Of a stretch of 64,000 bases of DNA, positions 1 through 12,800 are shown piece after piece; the stretch's first letter is position 1; each line of letters begins with the position of its first letter. Both the position numbers and the translations under genes were made by a program. Where the stretch lies: NCBI GenBank assembly GCA_036172245.1, contig JAYWIR010000004.1, positions 1,550,001 through 1,614,000 on the forward strand, written 5' to 3'. The notes beneath the pieces were generated by a model, which saw only the letters and a program-made list of their open reading frames with translations, was not told the DNA's origin and did no database searches. This stretch comes from Raillietiella orientalis (Eukaryota).

Positions 1-160
1 GCGCTGGTTGCAATGGAAACCCCAATGCACCAGCATGATGACGTCCTGCTTCCATGGAAGGGGGAACACAGAAGTGTCCGCGCACGAGGGAGAAACCACA
101 AGTTCTCCGAGGGGCACACTCAAGAGATCGCTCGACCGAAGGAGTCCCTTCGGGATGCTG
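1..160 (-). mobile_element. Fragment of an L1/Tx1-like LINE ORF2 C-terminal region (continues beyond the window start)
   Basis: Reverse complement of 19859-20018 with about 8 differences in 160 nt. Confidence 0.85.
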
Positions 161-3100
161 AAGGAGACCTGTTGTTATGAACTTCTCGAACCCAAGTAAA
201 TGGAAGCCACACTCCATCCTCAAGTCCTGTGGTCGAAAGTATGCACCCCTGCATTCGGGGTCAGAAGTCTTCCCATTGGGAATTTGAAGTCTTTGGTTGT
301 TTTGCAAATGGAAAGCATCTTCCATAGGTCTGTGTTGTATTTAAACACCCAGAAATACAGAATAGAGGCACAGAGAAACATTTTGCTGGGGTAGAGGAGT
401 TTAATTTTCATTCTTGTACCTTAGTTTGCATCTTAGCTCCCTCTTGGTGCTCATGCCTCCCAAGATCTAAGGAATTCTACTTTAAGCTATCTTTCGAATT
501 TTCTTTGTTTTGCAACTGGGAGTTTACAACACTGTAGGAAAATGCCATCGGAATTTCTTGTTTCCGAAAGTTCCTTTTTCTCATAACACAAATAATTTGG
601 GAAAATCAGATCAGAATGAAAGAAAAAAAAGAAAAAAAATGGCGTGCGTCATTGGAAGTGCCTAATATTGTGCCTCGAAAAAGTGTCTTTTGAATTGCAT
701 CCATTTATCTGTTTCGCTTTCGTCGGATGTTGTTTATTGTACTTTGTGCATCAAGATACTGAAGACATTCCGGGGCAGAACACGAACCGAATTTCTTCTA
801 TTCCAGCCCTGTGTTGCAAAGTGGATGGCTTCGGGAACGACATCCCGATTTTCGTACAATCACTGAATGTGCTTTTACTTGTACCGGAAAATTTCTGGGA
901 ATCCATCCCCTGGACAGTCAGCAGAAGAGCAGTGGAGTAATGTGTGATTAACTAGCTATTTACATTATTACAGCTGTGAGAAGAATATTGTGGTACACAG
1001 GGAAAATGAAATGCTTTTGAATGTCTATTTCTATCACGAAACCAGTCTAATGCAATGTATCGTATGCAATACACTCTTTGTCATTTGTGTGAGAGCGTTA
1101 CGTATTTCGAATCAAGTGTTTCGTAATTGAAAGTTCACAAAAAATAGAAGATCAGTGAAATGGTGAAATTTTGTCTTCTCATGTATCAAGTCATCGTCCT
1201 TGGATAGCTTTTATTTCCCTTTGAGGATTTTTGTAGTGCTGCCTCCAAGGTGAAAAGAACGCATCTGCTTTGAATATCACTTTCTTCCATGTTTCCCATC
1301 CTTTGGCTCAAGATCCGAATGGAAAGCACACGCAGAAGGTACATCAGCTGCCCACTTTTTTGATGCTTGAATCGATAATGTTTGCATCAGTCAGTGCTAT
1401 GAGCAGTTCGGCTTATCAGACTTGATGCTGAAGAAGAGTGAAATCCATTTATTTATACACGATGCTTGCTAATACATAGAAGACCTGAAGTTTGCAACAC
1501 ATTTCGTGCAAAATACATCAGCTAACACAAATACTTATGAATTAAGACAAATACTCACCTTTATACTTATGAATCAGGTTATGGAACATCGCAGCATATA
1601 ATTACGAGGCTAGGATATAGCCGCATGCCTGTATTAACGTTGTAGTAATGTGTCTGCGCAGCTATGATTTGAATAAACCTTGTGGTAATGTAGCAGTTTT
1701 GTGACTTGAGTACGGGTTTAAGGCCAGTCGGTCCTAAAAGACTCCAGCTGCCCACGCATTACATGAACATGAAGGAAGTTGCGATCTTCGCAGCTGATTG
1801 GTAGCACCTGTGGATTGAGATAACTCCTGCATTCTGCAGACGAAAACCAATTTTGAGGCAAATGTAAACTTCAATTGATCCCCAAAGCTCCTGCAAATTC
1901 CATGACCTCTTGGAACGGTGTCTGGAGAGCCAAGGTTTCCATACACGAGCACACATTGCCATTCCCACGTGATTTTCCACGCACAAAATTAAAATTTTCT
2001 TCCTGTGAAGCACGAACTGGATTCCGCCAATGTCTGCAGCATCAGCGGCAGCGGAAGATACAGCAAACGGATTTGATCTGTCTATATTTCTCTACAAAGT
2101 TCTTGCAATATTGCAGGTCCACGTCCAGAGGACTTTCGGTCTAAATTTTTCATAAACCCTGATGTACTGCAGCGCCATATTGCACAAGTTATATAACTGT
2201 AAACCAATAAATAGTAAATCTATGTGGAAACTTGTTGTCAGCTGCGTTCTTATTCTGAGGAAGCGAATCTTTAAAGCTTGCTCAAAATCGTCGGTTGGCT
2301 AGAGTGTTTGATTTGGACCGGGAAGCTGACATGCTGCATAAGCACGAGGGTTCTTGCAATGACTACCGTTCAAGCAAGCAAACCTCCGACGAAAGAGTCA
2401 GTTTGCGTGTGGATGCAGTTTCCCAACAGCAGATGCAAAAACATTTCACTTCACTCCGCCACGTTAGCGTCGAAATCTAAAGTCCCTTACGGGAAATTTG
2501 CGGGCCATTCAAAAATCGAGCTAACGAGGACCGCAAAATTCAAAGATCTTTGAGAAACGCGTATCCTATTTGAGAAGCTTGATGCCAAAAATGGCTCCAA
2601 TGGAATCGAAAGGTATGTGAAATCGATGGCATCCTCCATCTTCAGTATGCATAAATATAGGTTGCATTTAATGCTGCCGTTAGGACAGACAATTAAGAGG
2701 AAAATAAATGCAATAAGAATGCATGACCCAATGAGTCAGGAAAAAAAAAATGCTGGACCAGAAAAAAAAAATTAGCATCTGCTCTGATCTGTTTCAGTCT
2801 CACTCATTCGTTGGCATTAATCGTAGTCCATGAGTGGGCGAATGTGCATCCGTGTCCGATGCAAATTCAATATTTCATAATCAGTTTTCGCATTCATCTG
2901 CGTGATCCTTCCTTTCGGTTGAAGATGGTCCGAAGATGAAACCTCCTGAACTAGGAAAGCATCGGAGAGGAAGCATCCAGAGAAACCTAAGGAATCGCAA
3001 ATTTGAGATGCTCACCTGGACGATGGGCAGGCTGCATCCCAATGCCTCACGACCGCAGTTTCTCCGATAGGCCCGGCACAAGCTCAGAGCAAACAATTTC

Positions 3101-3641
3101 CCGCGATGCTTCTCTGTACTCAACAGCAAATAGATAGCAGCCTCGCCAAACGTCTTTAAAGATAAAAGGATACGCTGCAGAGAGATTCAATTCCTTCCCA
3201 GAGTTATGATACCTCAATTCAGCTTTCCAAATAAGAACTCATTTCTAGCAAACAGCTTTTATTCAGTGTTCAACTCTATTCATATGCAAACCACAAGGTG
3301 AGTACTATGGAGATCTGAAAACCGCTGCGAGTTCCCGTCTTACATTAATGCTCAATGGGAGCATCTAACAGAAAAGGGACTCTCAGGCTCTGCTCAAAAA
3401 AAAAAAAAGAAAAATCTTTATTGTTTTTGAGATCTAGTGCAGGAATCTAGGAATCTAGTTGAGACTAATTTATGGATTGTTTGCTGGAAAATAGATCATC
3501 TCCTTAGTCCGCTGTTTCCGATTGTTTGGCTTGAAGAAATCCTGCAGCTGAATCAGATGGCACCATCATTTTCTCTGGACTCGGGAAGCGTGAATTCTAG
3601 TGCTGATTTGTACAGATGGTGAACGGTTCATGCTTTTGAGG

Positions 3642-4000
3642 CTAGGAGTTTGTCCATACAAACCCTGCCCGGTCAGAAATGACCAGATGGGAGAACAGAA
3701 TGATTGCACAGGAGGCATCGTCATTGAGCGCACAGGAAAACTCGAACATATGTCTTTTGTTGGTATTCTCTTTCAGGGGTATTACCAGGAGACACAGCAT
3801 AAAGCTCCGTGAAATAGAGAAAGTCATCTTTCGAGTAGAATCCATTTTCCCAAGACATCGCAGTGTTCTATGACTGACGAGATTCCATCTCGGACATCAC
3901 GATCCCTTTTGAGTTAGGAGCTGCGGGAGTATGATGACTCCTCTCGAGCCCTCGAAACGAAGCGATTGCAAGTACACTTCGATAGTGTCCTGGGGATTCA
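3642..4000 (-). pseudogene. Possible caspase p20-like relic
   Basis: Ordered motifs EVY...SRGVIIL, ENG..SKD....ELY (second frame) and SCAIILFSH resemble caspase PRG.ALII / R.G..KD...L..LF / C...ILSHG. Stops and frameshifts are present. Confidence 0.3.
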
Positions 4001-7000
4001 GAAACGACCATTTCGCAATTTCTGCATTTTCTGTACTGACTTTCCCGGTAGGCGATACCAAAGGTTTTTGCATGCCTATCCGTGCTGGCAGTAACCGGGG
4101 AGTCAAGGAGGTTTCCAAGAGAACTGGTGCTCAACCTCATCTCCTAGCCCATTGCTGAACGATGCTGATGCTGACATCGTATCGAGGAATCTATATAGCA
4201 ATCTATTATACAGTCAGAATTGTGTCTGTGGTACTCTATTCAATCAGAGAAAGCCGCATTGGTCATCATGGATAGATGGTGCCATCTGACTGGTACTCTA
4301 TTGAACTTTCCTTGAAGTTTGAGTGCTTTCAACATCGCGTGCTCATTCCATTCAATGGACCAGATGAATATTCACTACGTATGAAGCTAGATTAATAGCC
4401 GAAAGGTAAATCAAGAGGGGCATTGATGTGATGGCACCTTCTCATCTGCTATATTTCTGAATGCAATTTCTAAATCTCTATTTAAGGAAAATTGAAAAAA
4501 TGCTTCCTGTCCAGTTATTTTTTTTCACTGAAAGAGGATCAAAAGTCTAAAATGATGCACGAGAGATCTTGATATCCAGGAAGCCTGTGTTAAAAGGATC
4601 CTGCGAAAGATTACTTTTGAGAAAATCCCAAAATCCAGGAGAGAGAAACTCATTCAATTAATGACTAGAGCTTTAATCCATCTGCGTGGAAAGGAAAAGG
4701 AGAAAGTGCCTGTGATCCTTCTTTGCCACGTAATGAAATTCAGTTGCTCAAATAAACCCCCTCCCCCTTCCTCTAAAAAAAAAAAAAAACGAAAAACAAA
4801 AAGACAAAAAACGGAGCTTGGTCCAGCGTTGTTCGAGATAGAGCAAATCTGAGGATAACTTCCGTTTGCTTTGGTTATCGATTCCCGTGCTAGTTGTCGA
4901 TCTTTGCTAAACGCTGGCAACTTGGAGTTCGTAGGGAAAATGACTGTTTGTAAACAAAGTGGGGAGGTGTAGGAATCCATAGCTGTTGCAAGTTTACGTA
5001 GACACGCATCATTCCATGGAAGAGAACACATTTCTACTCAAATATTCAAGAGAATACGGAAGAACACATGTCTCATTCAAGAGCAAAGCCAACTACTTTC
5101 TAGTCCTCCACGATTTTTTAAGTATTGCTTAACTCATGTGCAGACCGCTCCCAGATCGGGAGATCAGCACTGCATCTGTGGTTTTCATCTGTAGCAAGCA
5201 TATGAGAAACGTTGGAAAAACGCATCAAGATGATTCACTTTTCCTTTGTACTTGAAAGCCTGCAGCCAGGATGCAAAACTTGTGTTTGCTGGATAGAGCA
5301 GGCAAGCATAAATACGCAAGAGAAAACGGGTCATTCTCTCCAATGACGCTGAGGAAGCGAAACCTGGATTTTCTGTCAGACTTCCTGAACACGCAGTTTC
5401 TGCTCAAGAGTTTCAGCTTCAGCATGGTAACCAGTGCAAACTGCAGTGAAGATGACCGTCTAATTTCCTTTATGCGGTGCAGTCTTTGAAGCCTGCGTTG
5501 CAAAGACCCTGACAAACTGCATCTCGCATGGCGAGCTCCCTGAACATTCGTAACATCGACCTCGAGAACGTCCATGCAGAAACTTCTGGAAGAAAATGGG
5601 TTCCGTTGTTTTCCCATATTGGTGGTGGATTTTCGAAACTTGGGAACACAGCAAGAGGGGGCGGGTATCCTTGAAGCTCAAATTTGCACCTCGGAATAAA
5701 ATTCATCCTTGTGCTTTTCTTACACTGCTCTCGAGATTTCAGAATAGGAAGGGAAAACATATCGATCGAGATTCCTGCGATAGACAACAGTTTCTCTTTG
5801 AGGATGCTCTGCAGAACAGATGCTTTCTTTTCGGTCCAGCCGGCTACTTGGCATCTAGGTTTCTTAATAGATAAACGGCAGAAACTTCATTTATCCACCG
5901 TGAAACGAAGACGCGTACTGATTCTTATGCTTTGGAGCAAACGATGCACAGGGTTCAAAATTCATAGTTGCTTCCGTTGAACTATAGCAGTGAGGGCTAA
6001 AGTAGCCATCTACAAGATAAGATATTTGCTCCAACACTAGTGTGCATTTTAAAAGGTCGAGAAACCTACTGAAGAGTCCAATAGGATTTTGTTTAACAAT
6101 TTTGCAAACTTGGATTTGTGCAAGAGGAAGGGGGAAGGATGCTTGCTGTGCCAAGGTGACGCAAACGCAACTGGCTTCGTCATTCCATTGTGCTATGGTA
6201 CCTTGAGAGACAACATGCTGATGAGAAAAGTGGTGCTCCCGTTCACAATTGCAGCAAGACTACCACAGTGATGCGGTCTTCCTCACAACGACGTACGCAT
6301 AGCTCCTGCCGTAAATCTGCAAGCAAAAACGAAAAACGCAGTCAAGAAGAAGATGCTTTTTTGCCTCCTCCTTGACGAATGGTTACAGTCAAGAGGTGCT
6401 GCTTTCAGGCTACAAAATCAAAAATGCATCGTGAGACTGCAAGAAAATGAAACGGAATGGGAAGAAGACTTAAAATTGCCGTTCTGCTTCAATTTTTGGC
6501 GGCAATATTCTTGGCAGTTTGATGCACTGCCTTCTCGAGACGAAAAGATGAACCTGGTTTGTTCCTCGAGTTGATAGCTCCCTCCCCCATATCTTGAAAT
6601 TCATCTCATTCGAGGCAATTGCTCGCACTGCGGCAATCTGTGGACATGCAAATATTCCCAGTTTATCCCTTATTTGTGCAATACCTCCGTCAACTCATTA
6701 TTTTCTCCTCGGTATTCTTACCACGTCACCAAAACTGCCATGTTGTTTAAGCATTCTCTCAGGTCCAGACGTTTCGAGAATCCGTGGCGTGTTCCCTGAT
6801 GAGCGAATCTTCTTCCTCCTTTTCCCTTCCAAGTCATCATTCTATTCTGCCTCCAGTTGAAAATTGCTACTTTCCCATTTACGAAACGCTTTCGCAGACA
6901 TGAAGGACGGATGGTTAGTGCTCTCGATGCACAGAAGTACAGGGAACAAACAAAACAAAGAAAAGGTTTCTCCCATTCCTTTACGGGCGAGTTCGATACG

Positions 7001-9334
7001 GAAAGATTCTCTGATTATGCTTGCTTCTAACGTGATTTCCTGGGATAGAAAATGAGGAATTTCTCCCGTCCAGATATATCAGGGAACGGGAACAAAGGCT
7101 ATTCGCGATATTGAATCCCAAATCCTGATCGTGCATTAACTTGCCGTGACACTTCGGGAAAGCATCGGTACTCTTCTTGTATTTGCAGCCGAAACGCAGC
7201 TTCATTTGTACACTTTGCTCATAAATCCAACTATACCATCATCCTCTTTGCCCAGTAGTTCCTCGAATAAAGAGAGCTGCTTCCGAGGTCGGAGATCTCG
7301 TGGAAATTTGCTGTTGATCTCGAAAGCCAAACAGTGACATCACGTGCATCTTTCCATATCACTGAGAATAAAATTCATAATGGAATTTTTCACCACAGGG
7401 AGACACCGGGTAGACCAAAGAACCTCAAGATGCCGTAGCAAAGACTGAAAGACGTCAGTGGCACTTTATCTCAGGATTGATCAGAAGTTTCGGTGTGGAA
7501 GCTTCTGATTCAAGTGATCCTCGAGGGCTTTTCGAGGGTGTTTTTTTCGAAACGTATTGCAGATGACTGCTGCAGCACAGGAACGCAAGGACAGCAGCTA
7601 CTGGTACTACAGGACACGCCACATTCCAAGCAACACTTTTATTAATAATAAATGCTGCTGTCGTTCCATGGGAAGAGGCCGCTGAAGGCAAGTAGTTAAT
7701 CTGCAGAACGCAAAGGTGTAAGTATGGAGTTTTTTTTTTTTTAAAAAAAATGAAGGAACCAAAATGCTTTTTAAAGACCATGTGAATTCCGCTTCCAGGT
7801 TCTTGAATTTTCACTTCAGAGACCGTGAGGAAAAGGATGGTAGGAAAAAAGTGGTGCTGCAGATAAGAATCTGTGGTACAAAATTTGAACTTCAAACGTT
7901 CTTGAAGCACCAATAAAAATGCCCATCTGATGTCGCTTCATCCGTGCTTCAATTACGCGTCGGATCCCAGCAGATGGAATTCCTATCCAAAGCGAATTTC
8001 CATCCTGCCTGGGAAGTTTACCTGCAAGATCTCCAAATGTGATGTGAGCTTTTCTTCCTCTTCCACCTTATGCCTAACTGTTCCTCTTCTCTCTTGAGAC
8101 TTGGAATTTTTTCTTCAGGAGTGAAACCAACGGAACGCGGGTTTGCTATGAGTGTTCCCATGGAATCTTAACGAAATGAACGCTGATCCAGACGAATATG
8201 CTAGATCCAAGGATGGAGCAAAAAGGAGTCGACCTTCCGCCCATGAGATGAAAAGGGGACTCAGAGCTCTTCTCCATCATGGAGGCAAATTAGGAGGAAG
8301 GAAGCATGCTGGTAAATCGGAGCAGTTGATGCAGATGCAAACACGTATTTTTCGCGGGAATGTTCTTTGACTCCAAGTGAGCTCTCTCCTCAGCTAGCCT
8401 CATCCACAGCATCCTGAAAAATTCTACGGAAGATTTTCATCTATGAATGGCATTCCGAATTTCTCTTGGGAAATGTCTCGTCTGATGAAGAACACGATGC
8501 ACTTCATACGGACAGGTTTCCTGCGATCTGTTCTCGAGATTTAGGATTACTGGTAATGACGATTGGGATGTGAATTTACCGCTTTCAGAAATCATTACCA
8601 AGGAGCCGTCCTGGTATCTTCGCGGCTTCTACAGGGAGCAGTTTATTTGGTTTCCCGAAGTCTACGATGCAACTCCTGCGGGAAAGCTTCTTCCGGAAGC
8701 CACAGTGGGATTTCGGTGTGAGGTTACAATGGACCGGGATGGATCAGAGTCGGACCCTCTTAATTTCACTCACCGAGTCCGAGCCGGAGTTTTACACTAT
8801 CGATCTCAACGACTGGATCCGCCTCCTAATTGGCTTTCTTCTGGCAGATCCGTGCCGCTAAGAGTCCTGGTACTCAACACAACATCCGAACGACCGTTTT
8901 CCGATAACAGCCATCTCTTCTGAAATATGGAAAGTACTCCAAGGCAGATCGGAATGTTTCCTGGAGAACTGACAAGAGATCATTCATGCAGAGAAAAAGA
9001 AAAAGGGGATCATATTCCCGTTCCTTTTCCATTTAATAGGCCCCGGCTAGAAGCAGTGCAGGCGACTGTAACATCTTTGTTTTCCTTCTGGATATCTGGG
9101 TTTTCCTTATTCGTCATCTCAAAAATTTTTATACCCTGCGAGCTAAGAAAAGACCTATTCAAGGCGGAGCACGATGCAATTCTCTACAGCCTTTTCTACA
9201 GATACATGCACTCTAAGTCCTAAGCATCTCAGGAAACGGATTCCTGTCGTTCTTCGGGAAACAAAAGCATTTTTCTCAGCTGTCCTTGCGTTCCTTCAAT
9301 GGAGACAGCTTGGGTTCCTTGTCTGTACGAAAAT

Positions 9335-9850
9335 TCACATCCAGGATTGCCAAACCATTCATTTAAAATCAATAAGTGAAAATTATATAGTTAAAAGAAG
9401 GAACGATGTATGCCGGAGCGAGACCAAAGGGCCCCGTTTGCAGGGAACTGGACTAGGGGGAGGTGGAGCGAAGGGAGAGAGGACCAAAAAATAAATAAAT
9501 AAATAGAGAATGGCGTGGACCAGCATCGCGGTGCTGCTGGACGTGATTCCCAAGGGTCCGAGTTGGGAAGGAAGGGGAGGGGTACCTTTGTCGGGTTAAC
9601 CGTCCGAAAGTTCCTTCATACCTCATATCCCAGAATGGGCTATTTCATTGCCCTTCGCATGCAAGCTGTGGGGATCGCAAAGGTACCTCTGGGAGGGTGC
9701 TCACGCCCTTCCTCCACCACGTTGTCAGTCGCCGTCGCTTGCAAGTGATAGATCACCGCCAGAGAAGGACAACCGGTAAGCCTGGAGAAACTGCACATTT
9801 CTCTGGGGGGGAGGGGGGGAAGCCTTGAGGGCATTCGTGGATATCAAGGG
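9335..9850 (-). mobile_element. 3' end of a second retroelement family; partial second copy at 11341-11452
   Basis: 9355-9476 and 11341-11452 are direct diverged repeats (catttaaaatcaataa...gaaggaacg...ctagggggag..ggagcgaaggga). The minus strand shows a decayed ORF followed by a (tatt)n-rich UTR. Confidence 0.55.
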
Positions 9851-9857
9851 CATTTAT

Positions 9858-10600
9858 CATCCGGTCACACCGGGGCGTTTATTCAATTAAAACGAACAAG
9901 TTGGGAACGCAGTTCCCAGCGGAAAACAGCAACAACAACAAAAAAAAGGACTTCAGGTGGGCAGCAATTCCGCCGACACGCAGGCCGGCCACTCTAGGAA
10001 TCCGGAAGAAAAGGGAGGGATGAATAAATAAAAAAGGAGACGGAGAGCAGGGACCCGTCCCTTGTAAAAGACACTGGTAAAAGTCCAGAACGGGTGAGAG
10101 GGGACAGACAGCAAATAAAAAAAATAAGAGGACAGGGGTCTTTGGTTTTGGCTTTTCTTTTCTTCTACAATCGTCACTGGATGCCGGCGCCCTTCGCCTT
10201 GACCTCCTCTTCCAGGTGACCTAGCAGAAGTCCTCGTGCTTCCATGCAGGTGACCTCCATTCGCTGCGTCTGCGTGTCGAGCACACAGCGGGCCGTGACG
10301 ATGGCACGGAGCATTCCCGAGGCAGCTCACGGACGGTGTCCTCCCGGGGCAGGAGCGCAGAAGCCAGTCTCCGTCACAGTCCGTCGAGGAGGGCGCTGCG
10401 GTCCAAAAAGCAGGTGCGAGATCGATTCGTACTCGGCCCGCACTTGGAACCGTTCAGGAATGGAAATCCCCTTCGGAGATGAGGTGATCCAGGCGCTCAT
10501 TGCACCAGGAAACCCGGTATCAAGGTCAGGGAAATGAAGCGCTTCAGCGACGCACTCCCGTCGCTGACGCAGCATCCAAGGAGTCCGCGCCCACTATACC
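9858..10600 (-). mobile_element. LINE 3' remnant (same family as 19594-20495)
   Basis: Nucleotide similarity to 19930-20440 (cgcacctgcttt..ggac..ggactgtg..ggag..ctcctgc..ggacaccg; ESISHLLF knuckle remnant). Shares 3'UTR blocks (ccgacacgcagg, aaagtccagaacggg) and the AATAAA plus terminal hairpin. Confidence 0.75.
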
Positions 10601-10629
10601 GTAGTGGGTGCTCACTTTGGTCACTCTCC

Positions 10630-11160
10630 TTCCCACCCGGTCACTCCAGGATGCCTTTTTTAAAAAAAATAAATAAAAATAAACTGATGAAAACTTGGGA
10701 GAGGGGTTCCCGAGGAAAGCAAACGAAAGTCTGCTGGGAGGAATCACCCACACACCGGCCCAATAAGCAGAAAGCCCGGAACAAAAGGAAGAGGGGACGA
10801 TAAATAAATGAAGATAGGAAGGGAGAGACTTCTGGAACGAAAAGGGGGGTGGGGGAGATCTTTGGTCTCTGCCGCTCCATCTTCTGTGCAGCCTTCTCGA
10901 GATGCGGGTGAGCTTCCTGGAGACTTCCTCAAGCAAGTGGGTGAGTCTCTCTGTAGTCCGCAGCAACGAAAAGTCAGGGGTGACTTCCCGTTGCCACGAG
11001 ACTATCTCCAGATCGACGTGAACCTCCAAGATGGCGCGCTCGCGACCCGAAGTTGCGAGCACCCCGCTCCACCCGAAGAAAGCCCGTCGCGTGCCAAGAG
11101 GCGTCGCGACAAGCCTCTCTCCGTGTCCTTGGGATGCGGCAGTGCTGGAGCCAGCCTCCG
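10630..11160 (-). mobile_element. Divergent LINE 3' remnant in tandem with the previous copy
   Basis: The translation RAILEVHVDLEIVSWQREVT...HLLEEVSRKLTRI aligns with RAIVTARCVLDTQTQRMEVT...HLEEEVKAKGAGI (10170-10310) and with the 20250-20400 ORF end. Has a T-rich 3'UTR and the same terminal hairpin. Confidence 0.65.
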
Positions 11161-12072
11161 CCGGGAAGAGCGTACATCTAACACGGATCCGGGATAAACA
11201 TAGGAGATGTTGACTTTGTTTAACACGAATGTCCATGAAATACAACAATGGTGCGTTTCAAACGTGACCTTTTTGCGGTCATCGGTTCGTGCAGGCTCCA
11301 CAAAGACGGATGCAGTACAGTTTGATACAGGGTTGCCGAGCCATCCATTTAAAATCAATAAATAAAAATTCTACAGTTAGAGAAGGAACGGTCTATGCCA
11401 GCGCGAAGCCAAACCATTGGGGACTGGGCTAGGGGGAGACGGAGCGAAGGGACAGCTCTGGGAATGCCTGGATAACCTCGTAGATCTCCAAGAGACTTTC
11501 AAGCTGGAGAAGGGAGGTCACCTGCATGGAAGCCGCCTGCATGAAGACGGCTGCTAGGTCACCTGGAAGAGGGGGGTCAAGGCGGAGATCACCAGAATCC
11601 AGTGACCATTGTAGAAGAAAACAGGGACCCAAACCAAGGGTCCCTGTCCCTTTATTTATTTTTATTTGCCTTTTCCTCTCACCCGTTTCGGACTTTTCCC
11701 GGTGTTTTCTTCAAGGAATGGGCGACGCCAGAGACTCCTGGAGGGTGAAAAGGCACTCTCCTCGCTGTGGCATGGTGGCATTTCTCTCTCTTCAAGGGGG
11801 AGATCCCAGTGAGCCTACAGCCTAGTAGTATGCTGCCAGCGAAGTTGAGGGGCACAGGCGTCGACCAGGGAAAGCCGAAATCCTGAAGCTTCCACAGACC
11901 ATTGTCTGTGGAAGAAATTGCATCCATCTTTGCGGAGCCTGCACAAACCGATGACCACAAAAAGGTCACGTTTGAAACGCACCATTGTTGTATTTCATGG
12001 ACATTCGTAATAAACAAAGTCAACATCTCCTATGTTTATCCCGGATCCTTGTTAGATCTGTGCTCTTCTCGG
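11161..12072. repeat. 154-bp inverted repeat pair (11161-11314 / 11919-12072)
   Basis: Manual alignment gives about 11 mismatches in 154 nt with no gaps. The spacer is about 600 bp. Confidence 0.9.
11455..11720 (+). mobile_element. LINE 3' fragment, inverted relative to 10060-10258
   Basis: 11513-11716 is a diverged reverse complement of 10060-10258 (ggaggtcacctgcatggaagc...ctgctaggtcacctggaagagg). Confidence 0.75.
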
Positions 12073-12359
12073 TGGGCGCTCAGCTTCTTCGCTTTTCAGT
12101 CTTTTCACGTGTTCCTTCTTTCCCTCGGCTTCTCACAAAATGGTTCTCTGTGGGCTCTGCGTCTACATCTGCGCTTGAAGATGAACTGCTCCAGAGAATT
12201 TTCCGAGAAAATTCCGCTACGCGGTCCTTTGGGAGAACACTTGAGCATCTTTCAAAGTGGGCAGCGCTTGACTTCAGGAGTCAGATCCCTCGTTTGCAGT
12301 CACGTTTTCTTTACAAAGAGAAGGGAAGGTCGGGACTGCTCTTGACGGCCTTGATGGAC

Positions 12360-12391
12360 GTGTGTGTGTGTGTGTGTGTGTGTGAGTGTGT
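12360..12391. repeat. (TG)n microsatellite
   Basis: 12 uninterrupted TG units, then agtgtgt. Confidence 0.95.
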
Positions 12392-12399
12392 CTTCCTAT

Positions 12400-12800
12400 T
12401 AAGGAGACATCGATTGAGAAGCTGCGAGCAGCTGCATCAACCGCAGTCCAAAATTAAGTTGAGGGTGAAGGACGGAGCTTTAGATGCAACTCCAGACAAG
12501 CGGGTCTTTCAGAGACATCCTCAAGAACCCAGGAAGAATGCTCCCCAGATTTCGCACTCATCAGAAACCACGGAAAAAGACAAAAGGTGGGATGGATGGG
12601 TGGATACTCGTCCCCCTTCACTCCAAAACCCTTGCGCTGAAAATTCGGGGCATTGCGAACCCTCTCAACCTTCCGCAGTCCGAAAACGGGGCAGCCTGCT
12701 TAAATCGACAGTTCGCTATTCATCCTCCGCTCTCCGGCTTCCAAGAGAATTTCAGGTTTCTTCCAGCTTCTGAAGCTTTTGTTCAGTCTGAATCCTTATT
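12400..12800 (+). mobile_element. Possible degraded LINE ORF2 fragment
   Basis: PRKKTKGGMDGWILVPLHSKTLALKIR resembles the P...GGLG......AL..K motif downstream of RT in L1/Tx1 ORF2. Confidence 0.3.

Noticed and set aside
2280..2612. TRAF-type zinc-finger/coiled-coil-like fragment ending at a GT donor
   Set aside because: It needs several frameshifts and the motif match is too weak to support.
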